Shown here piece by piece: positions 28,118-37,472 of a stretch of 64,000 nt of DNA. Every line of letters begins with the position of its first letter. The stretch's first letter is position 1. The stretch covers positions 19,066-83,065 of the forward strand of contig CAVVEI010000012.1 of NCBI GenBank assembly GCA_963747275.1, written 5' to 3'. The stretch is from an uncultured Actinomycetes bacterium (GTDB taxonomy: Bacteria > Actinomycetota > Thermoleophilia > RBG-16-64-13). The position numbers and the translations under genes were made by a program. A model generated the notes under the pieces. That model worked only from the letters and a program-made list of their open reading frames with translations, was not told where the DNA came from and searched no databases.

Positions 28118-29107
28118 ATGGACACGCCGACTGTGGTGCTTGTGGCTCTCGCCGTGTTGGTCGCGGTGCTGAGCGTCTTCATTGTCATCGCGGTGCTCGG
28201 CACGACGCGTCTGCGCGCGCAGGTAGACACCGTCGCCGAGCGGCTGCCCGACTCAGAGGACTTCGCGGTGCTCTCCCAACGTCTCTGGGACGTGGAACAG
28301 AGCAGCCGGTCATCATACGCGCAGATCTCTCACACGCTGGGCGGACTGGCTGTAGCCGCGCAACAGATGGTCGATGTGGGCCACAAGGTGTCGAGTCTGG
28401 AGGACCTGTTGCGTCCTCCGAAGTTGCGGGGCGGCATGGGTGAGACGCTTCTGGCCGAGCTCTTGGCCCAGATACTCCCCGACAAGGCCTACCGCCTGCA
28501 GCATCGCTTCGCCTCCGGTGAGCGGGTGGACGCGGTCATCTGCCTAGGCGACGCGCTCGTGCCGGTGGACGCCAAATTCCCATTGGAGTCTTTCCGCAGG
28601 TTGGTGGCCATCAAAGATGAGGCCGAGGCAGCGCGAGAGCGCAGGGCCTTCATGCGAGTGGTCAAGGGCCACATCGACCAGGTGGCCTGGAAGTACATAC
28701 TCCCCGACGAGCACACTTACGACTTCGCCCTCATGTACATCCCCGCCGAGAACGTCTACTACGAAACCATCCTCAAGGATGACTCAGAGGACGGGCTCTT
28801 CCCCTTCGCGCTCGAGAAGCGGGTGATACCGGTCAGCCCAAACTCGTTTTATGCCTACCTGCAGGTGATAATCCACGGGCTCAAGGGGCTGCAGATAGAG
28901 GAGCGAGCCCGCGAGATCATGGACCACTTGAACAGGCTCACTGTGGACGAGTGCCGGTTTCGCGAGGAGTTCGACGTGCTGGGCACCCACCTGCAGAACG
29001 CGCGTAAGAAGTACGAGGACGCGCAGCGCAGGCTGGATCGCTTCGAGGACAAACTGCTCACCACTGCCGATATAGGAGCGACGTCGGCGCTAGAGGCCGA
29101 GAACTAG
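28118..29107 (+). CDS. rmuC: DNA recombination protein RmuC
   Basis: SD GGAGGTG. N-terminal TM. RGGMGETLLAELL, VDAVICLGDALVPVDAKFPLE, FALMYIPAENVYYE, VIPVSPNSFYAYLQ. Confidence 0.85.
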   Translation: MDTPTVVLVALAVLVAVLSVFIVIAVLGTTRLRAQVDTVAERLPDSEDFAVLSQRLWDVEQSSRSSYAQISHTLGGLAVAAQQMVDVGHKVSSLEDLLRPPKLRGGMGETLLAELLAQILPDKAYRLQHRFASGERVDAVICLGDALVPVDAKFPLESFRRLVAIKDEAEAARERRAFMRVVKGHIDQVAWKYILPDEHTYDFALMYIPAENVYYETILKDDSEDGLFPFALEKRVIPVSPNSFYAYLQVIIHGLKGLQIEERAREIMDHLNRLTVDECRFREEFDVLGTHLQNARKKYEDAQRRLDRFEDKLLTTADIGATSALEAEN

Positions 29108-29164
29108 CTCTGGGGGTCTGGGGGCGAGGTCCTCACCCAAGCGGGCCGCGACGTTGTTGTGGCC

Positions 29165-30034
29165 TCAGTGGCCCGGGCCGCTACCGCCACTACCGCCGCT
29201 CGTCCCCGTGCCGTTGCCACCGGTGGTGTCGGTGTTTCCAGGCCCCTGGCCATCGCCGCTGGGGTCGTTTCCCGTCGGAAGTCCTGGCCCAGAGCCGCCG
29301 TCTGTCTGGCCTTGAGCGTCGAACGTGCCACCCAGATCGTCGAGAGCCTGCCCAAAGTCCTTGGACCCAGGCTCGGTGGACCCCATCTGCCGGAGTCGCT
29401 CGGCCACGAGCGCCCTGCCCTCTGGTGTCTGCGGTCCCTCGCCCTCGCCAGCAGCATCCGCGGCAGCCCAGAGAGCTTCAGCGGCTGCGCGCAGACCTTG
29501 GTCATCGGCGGCCATGTTGGCGATCGCATCACCGGCATGAGTCAGCCCCGCCTCCACCCGGCCTCGCTCCACCAGCAGCCCCGCCTCATTCAGACGCTCC
29601 TTGAGCCCGCCGTCACCAAGCCCGACCTTCTCCAGCGCCCGATCGAGATCGTAGAGAGCGTCGCCTGGGGCAGCTCCGTTGGCCGCGTATGCCACCCCGG
29701 CCGAAGCAGAGACCATCAAGACCAGGGCCGCAAGGGTACCGGCCATTGCCGGCCGAAGACGTGACCGGCTGCGCCTGCGGACATCCGTGGGCATAGCGCC
29801 CGGCGCTCTCTGGCCCTCAGTATCGGGCACCAGTTTGGCAGCCTGCGTGGCAAAAGCCTGGGCTTCGCTCTCTGTAGGAGGGAACTCGCCCAGATGCTGC
29901 AGGGCACGGACCGTGGCGGCCAGCTCGGCGGTATCTTCCGGCCCAGAGCCCAGGCCGGATAGCAGGCGCTCCACGTCACCGCGGCTAACACCGCGACCAA
30001 GAGCCCCACCGGTTTTTGTCCTGCTGCTCACCAC
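29165..30034 (-). CDS. anti-sigma-factor-like membrane protein with DUF5667-type domain and Gly-rich tail
   Basis: Lies immediately downstream of the ECF sigma gene. TM: MAGTLAALVLMVSASAGVAYA. PGDALYDLDRALEKVGLGDGG is paralogous to 30783-31322. The tail is GNGTGTSGGSGGSGPGH. Confidence 0.6.
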   Translation of the reverse strand: MVSSRTKTGGALGRGVSRGDVERLLSGLGSGPEDTAELAATVRALQHLGEFPPTESEAQAFATQAAKLVPDTEGQRAPGAMPTDVRRRSRSRLRPAMAGTLAALVLMVSASAGVAYAANGAAPGDALYDLDRALEKVGLGDGGLKERLNEAGLLVERGRVEAGLTHAGDAIANMAADDQGLRAAAEALWAAADAAGEGEGPQTPEGRALVAERLRQMGSTEPGSKDFGQALDDLGGTFDAQGQTDGGSGPGLPTGNDPSGDGQGPGNTDTTGGNGTGTSGGSGGSGPGH

Positions 30035-30097
30035 ACCACCTCCGAGATGGCTGTCGGCCGTCTCACATACCTATAAGCGTAAGATGCGCTCATTGCG

Positions 30098-30643
30098 TTA
30101 CTCTGACTCGCCCAGTATCTGCTGGAGGGCAAGCAACGCTCGATGCTGAAGCGCCCTTACTGCACCGGCCCTACGACCAAGCACCTCCGCTGTCTGCTCG
30201 GCGCTCAGGCCACCGATGACTCGCAGGGCGAGCACGGCTCGTTGGTCATCGGTCAGGTGGCTGAGAGCTTAGACTACCTGCACTGTGGCCATACGGTCCA
30301 AGGCCTCGTCCTCAGTATTGCCGCCTTCGACGTCCGGCATCGACTCGACCAGCGCGATTGACTGGGGGCGTTTGCCGGCAGCCCTCCAAGAATCCACCAA
30401 CCTCCGGTGAGCGATCACGAAGACCCAGGCCCGGAAGCCCTTCTCGTCGCCCTTGAACGACTGGACGTCTCGAGCGACTTGTAGAAAGGTCTCGCTGGCG
30501 AGATCCTCCGGTTCCAGAGCACCGCGCACGATGAAGTAGCCCTTGACCGATCCGGCCAGATCCCTATAGACGGCGACCCAGGCCCATTCAGCGCCGGCCT
30601 TGGCCGCCATCAGCACCCGCTCGAAGTCAGGGCCTAGAACCAT
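30098..30643 (-). pseudogene. ECF (group 4) sigma-70 factor interrupted by an in-frame TAA
   Basis: Region 2: FLQVARDVQSFKGDEKGFRAWVFVIAHRRLVDSWR. An in-frame TAA lies at 30269-30271. Region 4 follows in the same frame: ALSHLTDDQRAVLALRVIGGLSAEQTAEVLGRRAGAVRALQHRALLAL. The final stop is at 30098-30100. Confidence 0.75.
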
Positions 30644-30782
30644 GCGCCCCCGTGATCGTAGTCGTGTCTCGCTGGACGCCTAGTATGCACCATGTGAGTA
30701 GAGTGCCACAGTCGCCGCGGCGACTGTGGCACTCGTACCTGCATCTGAGGGTCGTTGTGAGACCCTCATCCACGGCGGGCTG

Positions 30783-31322
30783 CTACTTGCCGCCCTTGCT
30801 ACCCTCACCGTTCTGGTTCTGCACCGCGGTACCGCTCTGATCCTGGGTCTGCGTCTGAGTCTGGCTTTGAGTCTGCGTCTGCGTCTGCGTCTGATCCTGC
30901 GTCTGGGTCTGGGCCTGGGTGCAGGTCTGCAGCATCTCTCTCACTCGCGCCTGTATCTGGTCGGACTCACCTTGATTGGCGGTCTGGAGAGCTGTCTGCA
31001 ACGCGTTGGCAGCGGACACGAGAGCACCGTTGGCCTGCCCGTTCTCGTCCAGACCGGCCCGATTCTGAAGAGCCTGCTCCGCGTGGGCGAGTCCCCGGTC
31101 GATCTCACCGCGCTGGACCAACTTGGCGGCCTCTTGCACACGCTCCTGCACCCCGCCGTCACCAAGACCGACGCGTTCCATAGCGCAGTCGAGCTTGTAG
31201 AGAGCGTCGCCCGGGGCAGCGCCGTCGGCGGCAAACCCGACACCAGTAAGGCTCCCCGCTGCCACGACCGCCGACGCCACGACCGCCGCCAGCTTCGTGC
31301 TCAAAATCGCTGTCAAGAACAT
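30783..31322 (-). CDS. secreted/anchored DUF5667-type protein with Thr-Gln repeat tail
   Basis: N-terminal hydrophobic segment. PGDALYKLDCAMERVGLGDGG is paralogous to the anti-sigma-like protein. The C-terminus is QAQTQTQDQTQTQTQTQSQTQTQTQDQ. Confidence 0.6.
   Translation of the reverse strand: MFLTAILSTKLAAVVASAVVAAGSLTGVGFAADGAAPGDALYKLDCAMERVGLGDGGVQERVQEAAKLVQRGEIDRGLAHAEQALQNRAGLDENGQANGALVSAANALQTALQTANQGESDQIQARVREMLQTCTQAQTQTQDQTQTQTQTQSQTQTQTQDQSGTAVQNQNGEGSKGGK
30838..30920. repeat. imperfect hexanucleotide tandem repeat (GTCTGN)n encoding (TQ)n
   Basis: gtctgcgtctgagtctgg..gtctgcgtctgcgtctgcgtctgatcctgcgtctgggtctggg, inside CDS 30783-31322. Confidence 0.7.
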
Positions 31323-31485
31323 CTCGTAACCCTCCTCTGTAATGCGTTCCTTGCATCCGCGTAATCGTGAGTGGCCTGAGAAGTGTTACGCCCGCTTCGT
31401 GATGTGGGCACTTGGCGCGAAGCAGCCAGACACATCCCCGATTCGCTATAATGCAAGTGTGTGCAAAACCCAAGAGAGGACAGTT

Positions 31486-32205
31486 GTGGCCCGACCCGCC
31501 AAATGGAGATGTCTAGAGGGCACACCGGGTACGAGGGCCTTTGGCCCTGCGGGCGTGCCCTTGAGAGGATTGAAGAAGGTCCGGCTGGCGTTCGATGAGC
31601 TCGAAAGCCTCCGACTGCTCCATCTGGAGGGGCTCACTCAGGCCGAAGCAGGGCAGAGGCTGGGAGTGTCAGCCTCCACGGTTAGTCGCATGGCGGACCG
31701 AGCCCATCGGGCAGTCACCGAAGCGCTGGTGTCAGGCAAAGCGGTGTGCATCGAGGGTGGCCCGGTCACGGTAGTACGTACTCAGGACTCCTCGGCCTTG
31801 GTGGCCCGCGAGGGCGCCCTGGCTACAGAAACCACAGGCAAAGGAGATAACATGATCGTAGCAGTGCCCTATCTGGATGGAACGGTCAATGCCCACTTCG
31901 GCAGCACGCAGGCCTTTCTGGTAGCAGAGACGTCTGATGGCGAGATCACCCGTACCTCGGTCTTCGAGGTTCAGGGCATGCAACATAACCACGCCGGCAT
32001 CGCGGGCTTCTTGAAGGAACAAGGTGTACAAGTCATCTTGGCTGGTGGCATGGGTGCACCCATGCAACAGGCGCTCAAACTCCAGGGCTTCGAGCTGTAC
32101 TGCGGAGTCGGTGGTCCGGCCCTTGAAGCGATCGAGGCCTTGCTGCGCGGAGAGATCGTGCACTCTGAGGCGACCTGCGGGCACCATCACGGAGACGACC
32201 ACTAG
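31486..32205 (+). CDS. DUF134 (UPF0251) DNA-binding-like domain fused in frame to a NifX/NifB-C-like (dinitrogenase FeMo-cofactor-binding family) domain
   Basis: GTG 31486 after AGAGAGGA. ARPAKWRC..FGPAG..LAFDELESLRLLHLEGLTQAEAGQRLGVSASTVSRM..GKAVCIEGGP. With no intervening stop it continues MIVAVPYLDGTVNAHFGSTQAFLV..VILAGGMGAPMQQAL. An SD (AAAGGAG) precedes the internal ATG 31851. Confidence 0.65.
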   Translation: MARPAKWRCLEGTPGTRAFGPAGVPLRGLKKVRLAFDELESLRLLHLEGLTQAEAGQRLGVSASTVSRMADRAHRAVTEALVSGKAVCIEGGPVTVVRTQDSSALVAREGALATETTGKGDNMIVAVPYLDGTVNAHFGSTQAFLVAETSDGEITRTSVFEVQGMQHNHAGIAGFLKEQGVQVILAGGMGAPMQQALKLQGFELYCGVGGPALEAIEALLRGEIVHSEATCGHHHGDDH

Positions 32206-32241
32206 GATTCACGGAACTACGAGCCAAGGGGGCGCATCCGC

Positions 32242-33513
32242 ATGAAGCGCAAAGGGCCGGGAGCACTTCAGTGGACACGCTACGCGGTACAGACCGTGAT
32301 AGCGCTGTTCGTGTTGATGATAGCCATCGCCAGTACCACCGGCGAACGCTGGGCGGCCAACCTGCACACCATCTGCCCCTTCGGGGGAGTGGTGAACCTC
32401 TACACGTACTTCTCCGACGGAGGGTACGTGGCCAAGCTGCACTCGGCGGTGTTCATAATGCTGATAGCCCTCCTGGTTGGTCTAGTGCTCACCGGCAAGT
32501 CCTTCTGCGGTTGGATCTGCCCCTTGGGTTCGGTTCAACAAGGTCTGGGTTGGGTGGGCGCTCGTCTGTGGCGACGCGCGTACAACCGTGTCCCGCGCTG
32601 GCTGGAAAGAGTGCTCCAACTTCTGAAGTGGGCCGTGCTCATCTGGGTGCTTGTCCAGACAGCGCGCAGCGCCAAGCTGGTTTTTCAGGAGTGGGACCCC
32701 TACTACAACCTCTACCACATCTGGACAGACGAGATAGCCCTGAGCGGCTACATCGTCACCGGCGTGACTCTGATCCTGGCGCTCTTCATACCTCGACCAT
32801 TTTGCCGCTACGCCTGCCCTCTGGGTGCCTTCAACGGTATCTTCAACTCTTTCTCGTTCATAAGCATCAAGCGAGAGGCCGCGACCTGCACCGACTGCGG
32901 TCGCTGCTCAAAGGTCTGTCCGGTGAACATAGACCTCTGCGCGAGCACGAACATACGCCACATCGAGTGCACCCGCTGCCTCAAGTGTATTGACGTGTGC
33001 CCCCAGAACGGCAAGGCAGGTGACACGCTCAAGCTGCACACGTGGTTCAGCGAACTAGCGAGACTTCGCGCCAAGACGGCCGGTGACGCAGCTGAGACGG
33101 GCGCCGCCGCTCCTGATACTGCTGGTGGCACGCCGAGGCGGGCGGTACCGAAGTGGCTGTTCGCTCTGCTCGCGGTGGCAGCCTTCGCCCTCCCCATACT
33201 GCTGACCGTCCTCACCGACGACTTCCGTATCACCGGCGGACGCGGTGGTGGCGGTGGCAGGGGTGGGGGTGGGGGACAAGGGCAGGAGTCGGTCGAGCCG
33301 GTCACCGAGGCCACGGCCGGCGGGACGGTGGTAGTGCGGGGGAGTACGACGCTCGCCGACATCGAGGCCCAAGGGGCTGATGTCGGCGCGCTGCTGCAGG
33401 CGTTCGGCATGCCTACGGACACCCCGCTCGACACGCGGCTCCGGGAACTCACCGAGGTCTATGGCTTCACAATAGAGGACCTTCGCGCCTACCTGGCAGA
33501 TGCCGGCCAGTAG
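32242..33513 (+). CDS. polytopic 4Fe-4S-binding membrane protein (NapH/MauN-like) with Gly-rich linker and C-terminal soluble domain
   Basis: CGWICPLGSVQQ, CRYACPLGAF, CTDCGRCSKVCP, CTRCLKCIDVCP, several TM helices, and GGRGGGGGRGGGGGQGQE. Confidence 0.7.
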   Translation: MKRKGPGALQWTRYAVQTVIALFVLMIAIASTTGERWAANLHTICPFGGVVNLYTYFSDGGYVAKLHSAVFIMLIALLVGLVLTGKSFCGWICPLGSVQQGLGWVGARLWRRAYNRVPRWLERVLQLLKWAVLIWVLVQTARSAKLVFQEWDPYYNLYHIWTDEIALSGYIVTGVTLILALFIPRPFCRYACPLGAFNGIFNSFSFISIKREAATCTDCGRCSKVCPVNIDLCASTNIRHIECTRCLKCIDVCPQNGKAGDTLKLHTWFSELARLRAKTAGDAAETGAAAPDTAGGTPRRAVPKWLFALLAVAAFALPILLTVLTDDFRITGGRGGGGGRGGGGGQGQESVEPVTEATAGGTVVVRGSTTLADIEAQGADVGALLQAFGMPTDTPLDTRLRELTEVYGFTIEDLRAYLADAGQ

Positions 33514-33554
33514 GCACATCTGCCCTCCTCTCTGAGAAGCCTTTGCAGAAACAG

Positions 33555-33580
33555 AAACGCCGGCCCGAAGGCCGGCGTTT
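33555..33580. terminator. bidirectional rho-independent terminator
   Basis: AAACGCCGGCC-cgaa-GGCCGGCGTTT is a perfect 11-bp stem flanked by A/T runs on both sides. It lies between convergent genes. Confidence 0.75.
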
Positions 33581-33605
33581 CGTCATTTCGCGTTGGGCGC
33601 GAGAA

Positions 33606-33974
33606 CTACCAGCGACTGCCGCCGCTGCGACCGCCGCCGCCGCCGTAGCCGCCGCCACCGCCGCCACCGCCGTAGCCGCCGCCACCGCCGTAGCCGCCGC
33701 CGCCGGACCTAGGCGCACGAGGCACCATTTCCTTGGCCACGTCGACCTTTATGGCCCTGCCGTCGAGCTGAGTGCCGTCGAGGGCGCTCTTGGCCTTCTC
33801 GGCCTCTTCGGGCGAAGCCATCTCGACGAAACCGAAGCCCTTGGGGCGGCCCGTGTCGCGGTCGGTGATCAGGTTTACCGAGGTTACTTCGCCGTGGGCC
33901 CCGAACGCGGTCCTGATGGACGCCTCGGACGTGTCGTAGCTTAGATTGCCCACGTACAGTTTTGATGAACTCAC
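33606..33974 (-). CDS. RRM-type RNA-binding protein with Gly-rich (GGY) tail
   Basis: RNP2 KLYVGNLSY, RNP1 KGFGFVEM, and C-terminal GGGGYGGGGGYGGGGGGGGYGGGGG. Confidence 0.85.
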   Translation of the reverse strand: MSSSKLYVGNLSYDTSEASIRTAFGAHGEVTSVNLITDRDTGRPKGFGFVEMASPEEAEKAKSALDGTQLDGRAIKVDVAKEMVPRAPRSGGGGYGGGGGYGGGGGGGGYGGGGGRSGGSRW

Positions 33975-34093
33975 TTTCAGCCTCCAAATACGGAGTGATA
34001 TTGCGACATACGAGAGAAAAGACTGGAGACTGAGCGGAGAGAACTGAAAGGCTCGTCGCTGCGCCTAGAGCTTCCTAACGGATGCTGGGCGGC

Positions 34094-34102
34094 AGTATAG
34101 CA
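34094..34102 (-). promoter_or_regulatory. candidate extended -10 promoter element for the RRM-protein gene
   Basis: The minus strand reads TGcTATACT about 120 nt upstream of ATG 33974. A TTGACA lies only 13 nt upstream, which is non-canonical spacing. Confidence 0.3.
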
Positions 34103-34461
34103 CGCCCGGAGTTGTCAAGCTCCCCGCGTGCGGGTCCGCCGGGCCGGAGATGATACACTCAGGTCCACGAAGCTTCTCCTCACTTACCTCCCCCCAGCAC
34201 CCGCACAGCAGTAGCACGAGAGGATATCCGTCATGAGGATCGAGATCCGCGAGGCACAAACGTCGACTTCTGAGCGGCCTCTGTGGCTTTGGCGGCTATG
34301 GTGCAACGGCCGTATGTCCCAAGGCTTCAGCTCTTCGCAGAAAGAGGCCGACGACCAAGCCAAGCTCGAACAGTCACGTTTAGGCCACCACTGGGGAGCA
34401 GCCTCAAGGTTCAGGCCCTAGGCGCCGCTGCTCGGCGACCCGAGCGGGCAGACCCCGGGAG

Positions 34462-36147
34462 CTAGACCTCCACCACTATTGGGATGACCATCGGTCGGCT
34501 GCGGGTTCGCTCCCAAAGCACTTGCGAAAGCGAGTCGTGCACGGCCTTCTTGATGACAGCCTGGTCGGTGGCCCCTTCTTTGTGAGTCCTGGCCAGCCGC
34601 TGCCGGATGCGAGCCTGAGCCTCGGCAACGACCCTGTCTCCTTCAGGGCCCAAAGTCAGACCGCGCGTGATCAACTCCGGATCGGACATCAAACGACCGG
34701 TCTGGCTGTCTATGGTGATCACCACGGTCGCTATGCCATCCTTGGCCAAGACCTGCCGGTCGCGCAGTATCACTTGGCCCACGTCGCCCACCCCCAGACC
34801 GTCGACATAGACCACCCCGTGCTCCACGCTCTCGGTGACCCTCGCCGTCGACTTACTGAGCTCCAAGACATCGCCATTGCCAAGCACGAAAACGTTCTTC
34901 TTCGGTATGCCTACCTCCTGTGCCAGCGCGGCGTGAGCGACCAGATGCCGGGTCTCACCGTGCACGGGCATGAAGAAACGGGGGCGGACCAGGTTCAGCA
35001 TCAGCTTGAGCTCCTCAGCAGCGGCATGGCCCGACACGTGCACGTGTAGGGTGCCCTTGTGCGCCACGGTGGCACCGGCTTTGGCCAGCCGGTTGATTAC
35101 CCTGTTGACCGCTTTCTCGTTGCCCGGCACCGGCGTGGCCGCGATGACCACTGTGTCGTCGGGCTCGACATTCACGGTCTTGTGGTCGCCGTTGGCCATG
35201 CGCGCCAACGCCGAGAGGGGCTCGCCCTGACTGCCCGTGCACATCACAAGCACCTTGCGTGGCGGCATCTTGGCCGCCTGCTCGGGCTCTATGATGTCGC
35301 GATCGTCGATGGACAGATAGCCCAGGTCGCGGGCTATCTGCGAGTTGGTGATCATCGACCGCCCGATGAAGGCCACTTTGCGCCCTGATCCGACGGCCGC
35401 GTCGCAGATCTGTTGAACGCGGTGCACGTGACTCGCGAAAGAGGCCGCCAACACCCGGCCCGCGGCCCTCTCGATGACTTCGCGCAACACCGGGCCAACA
35501 GAGGCCTCCGACATGGTCACGCCAGGTGTCTCGGCGTTGGTCGAGTCAGACAAGAGCAGGTCGACCCCCACCTTGGCGAACTTGGTGAGCGCAGCGTAAT
35601 CCACCAGACGTCCGTCGATGGGAGTCTGGTCCAGCTTGAAGTCGCCTGTGTGCACTACGTTGGCCACCGGCGTGCGTATGAAGACCCCCACTCCGTCGGG
35701 TATGGAGTGGTTCACGGCGAAGAAGTCGAACGCGAACGATCCGACCGAGACGTGACTCCCCCCATGCACCTCCTGCAGCTTGACCGCCTTCGGCTTGATG
35801 CCGTGCTCTTCGAACTTGCCCTGGATCAGACCGAGAGTCAGCTTGGTGCCCATCACCGGCACCCGCCGGTCAAGTGCTTTGAGCAGATAGGGGAGAGCCC
35901 CGGTGTGGTCCTCGTGTCCATGGGTGATGACTATGGCGCGCAGCTTGGCCTGGCGCTTCACCACATAGGAGTAATCGGGCAGGATAAGGTCGACCCCCGG
36001 ATGATCGTCGTCGGGGAACATCAGGCCGGCGTCAATGACCACCATCTCATCCGCATACTCGAAGACGGTCATGTTCTTGCCTATGCCGTCAAGCCCCCCC
36101 AGGGGGATGATGCGCAGGTTGCGTTCAGGATTAGATGCTTGATTCAT
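34462..36147 (-). CDS. rnj: ribonuclease J
   Basis: IIPLGGLDGIGKNMTVFEY, VIDAGLMFP, metallo-beta-lactamase motif ITHGHEDHTGALPYLL, the beta-CASP region and a C-terminal domain. 561 aa, intact. Confidence 0.9.
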   Translation of the reverse strand: MNQASNPERNLRIIPLGGLDGIGKNMTVFEYADEMVVIDAGLMFPDDDHPGVDLILPDYSYVVKRQAKLRAIVITHGHEDHTGALPYLLKALDRRVPVMGTKLTLGLIQGKFEEHGIKPKAVKLQEVHGGSHVSVGSFAFDFFAVNHSIPDGVGVFIRTPVANVVHTGDFKLDQTPIDGRLVDYAALTKFAKVGVDLLLSDSTNAETPGVTMSEASVGPVLREVIERAAGRVLAASFASHVHRVQQICDAAVGSGRKVAFIGRSMITNSQIARDLGYLSIDDRDIIEPEQAAKMPPRKVLVMCTGSQGEPLSALARMANGDHKTVNVEPDDTVVIAATPVPGNEKAVNRVINRLAKAGATVAHKGTLHVHVSGHAAAEELKLMLNLVRPRFFMPVHGETRHLVAHAALAQEVGIPKKNVFVLGNGDVLELSKSTARVTESVEHGVVYVDGLGVGDVGQVILRDRQVLAKDGIATVVITIDSQTGRLMSDPELITRGLTLGPEGDRVVAEAQARIRQRLARTHKEGATDQAVIKKAVHDSLSQVLWERTRSRPMVIPIVVEV

Positions 36148-36212
36148 GGGCTCCTATTATCGCCCAGAACACTACGTAGCGTCTGCTTCGCTCTTGCCCC
36201 TCGGCCCTCCGC

Positions 36213-36767
36213 CTACGCCAGGTGGTCCACCAAGATCTTGACCCCTATGCCGACCAGCACCAGCCCGCCGAAGCGCTCCGCCCACACCCCGAACCGCCTG
36301 CCCAGTCTGCAGCCGAACATGGCGCCCAGGGCGCTCAGCACGGCCGCTACCAGGCCGATCACCAGGCTGGGTATCCACACAGAGACATCGAGAAACGCCA
36401 GGCTCAACCCCACCGCCAGCGCGTCGATGCTGGTAGCCACCGCCAGCAGGAGCAGGGTCCAGCCCCGGGTCGGGTCCTTGCACGATTCTTCGCTGGAGCG
36501 AAACGACTCCCAGAGCATCTTGCCGCCGATGAGGGCCAAAAGTCCGAAGGCCACCCAGTGATCGAAAGCCTGCACCCACTTCGACAGACTGCGCCCGGCC
36601 AACCAGCCGGCCACCGGCATGAGGAACTGAAAGAGACCGAAGCTCAGAGCCAATCGGGCCACGTGACGATAGTCGAGGGCTTTCACCTGCACGCCCGCGG
36701 CTACAGATACCGCGAATGCGTCCATGGCCAGACCGAAAGCAATGCCCAATGTGTACCAGAAGCTCAA
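36213..36767 (-). CDS. mntP: manganese efflux pump MntP
   Basis: GIAFGLAMDAFAVSV and SIDALAVGLSLAF are the duplicated DUF204 motifs. TTG 36767 gives an N-terminus of family-typical length. The alternative ATG 36836 would overlap the upstream gene. Confidence 0.8.
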   Translation of the reverse strand: MSFWYTLGIAFGLAMDAFAVSVAAGVQVKALDYRHVARLALSFGLFQFLMPVAGWLAGRSLSKWVQAFDHWVAFGLLALIGGKMLWESFRSSEESCKDPTRGWTLLLLAVATSIDALAVGLSLAFLDVSVWIPSLVIGLVAAVLSALGAMFGCRLGRRFGVWAERFGGLVLVGIGVKILVDHLA

Positions 36768-36774
36768 GCGAGGC

Positions 36775-37425
36775 TCACCGTGGCCGAGCCACCAGCATGC
36801 CTCGGCACGAGCGGACGACGTACACTCCTGAACCATAAACGGCCAACTCCGCCTGCAGCCCCTCGGGGGTAGACACCACCAGCGAGTCATTACCTACGCG
36901 GTCGACGCGCAGCTCGTATGTGCCGTCTGCAAGCCTCACCAGTGAGTCGGCGCTTGCGGCATTCGAGACAGCTAGCTGGAGCTGCTCAAGGGCTTCGGAG
37001 AGCGCAGCGTTCTGCACCTTGAGGGCCTCCGTCTTGAGTCTCATGGTCGGGAGGTCAAGCGTCGCAGCCGCTGCGAAGTACTCCTCCGCCAGTTGGAGAA
37101 AAGCCTCGGTGGTCTCCACCACTTCGACATGCTCGGTCGTCACTTCTGCCGGAGGTTTCATCTGCTTGAGCTCGGCAAGAAGCTCGTCAGCACGATCAAG
37201 GTATGCGCGAGTCGCCGGCTCGTCCCATGAAGGCGCACCCGACGAGCTGACTTGATACTCGGGAAAAGGTACCGCGAAGAGCTGGTCGACCCACTCATCC
37301 ATGGCGGTGTTGTATTCGTCGATCCGGAGGGGGGAATCCCCCGCCGAGCCCTCCCCACAGCCTCCGGCCGGCGCGACCAGTGAGCAGAGAACTAGCAGCG
37401 TCAAGAGCGAAAGAGCCTTCCTCAC
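36775..37425 (-). CDS. hypothetical lipoprotein
   Basis: GTG 37425. Signal VRKALSLLTLLVLCSLVAPAGGCGEG with lipobox. The mature part is helical and acidic, with no recognised family. Confidence 0.55.
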   Translation of the reverse strand: MRKALSLLTLLVLCSLVAPAGGCGEGSAGDSPLRIDEYNTAMDEWVDQLFAVPFPEYQVSSSGAPSWDEPATRAYLDRADELLAELKQMKPPAEVTTEHVEVVETTEAFLQLAEEYFAAAATLDLPTMRLKTEALKVQNAALSEALEQLQLAVSNAASADSLVRLADGTYELRVDRVGNDSLVVSTPEGLQAELAVYGSGVYVVRSCRGMLVARPR

Positions 37426-37472
37426 CGTGCCCCCCGGTATGGCGTGATATCGGTTCTCAATTTGCCGCCACC

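Noticed and set aside
30838-30920. Short tandem repeats checked as a possible CRISPR array
   Set aside because: The period is 6 nt, there are no spacers, and the tract lies inside a CDS, where it encodes (TQ)n.
33601-33715. GCC/GGC-rich tandem repeat that might be taken for a non-coding satellite
   Set aside because: It is the coding sequence of the GGY/Gly-rich C-terminal tail of the RRM protein on the minus strand. The plus-strand Ala-rich ORF (33543-33944) is its shadow.
34233-34421. 62-aa ORF with a plausible SD (GAGAGGA), located between the RRM-protein promoter region and rnj
   Set aside because: There are no recognisable motifs and the composition is odd (WLWRLWCNG). It lies in what is probably the regulatory region of divergent and convergent neighbours. 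The support is insufficient to call a gene.
36768-36900. Possible yybP-ykoY manganese riboswitch upstream of mntP
   Set aside because: The upstream lipoprotein gene ends at 36775, only 7 nt from the likely mntP start, so there is no room for a leader. I saw no conserved riboswitch-like helices.
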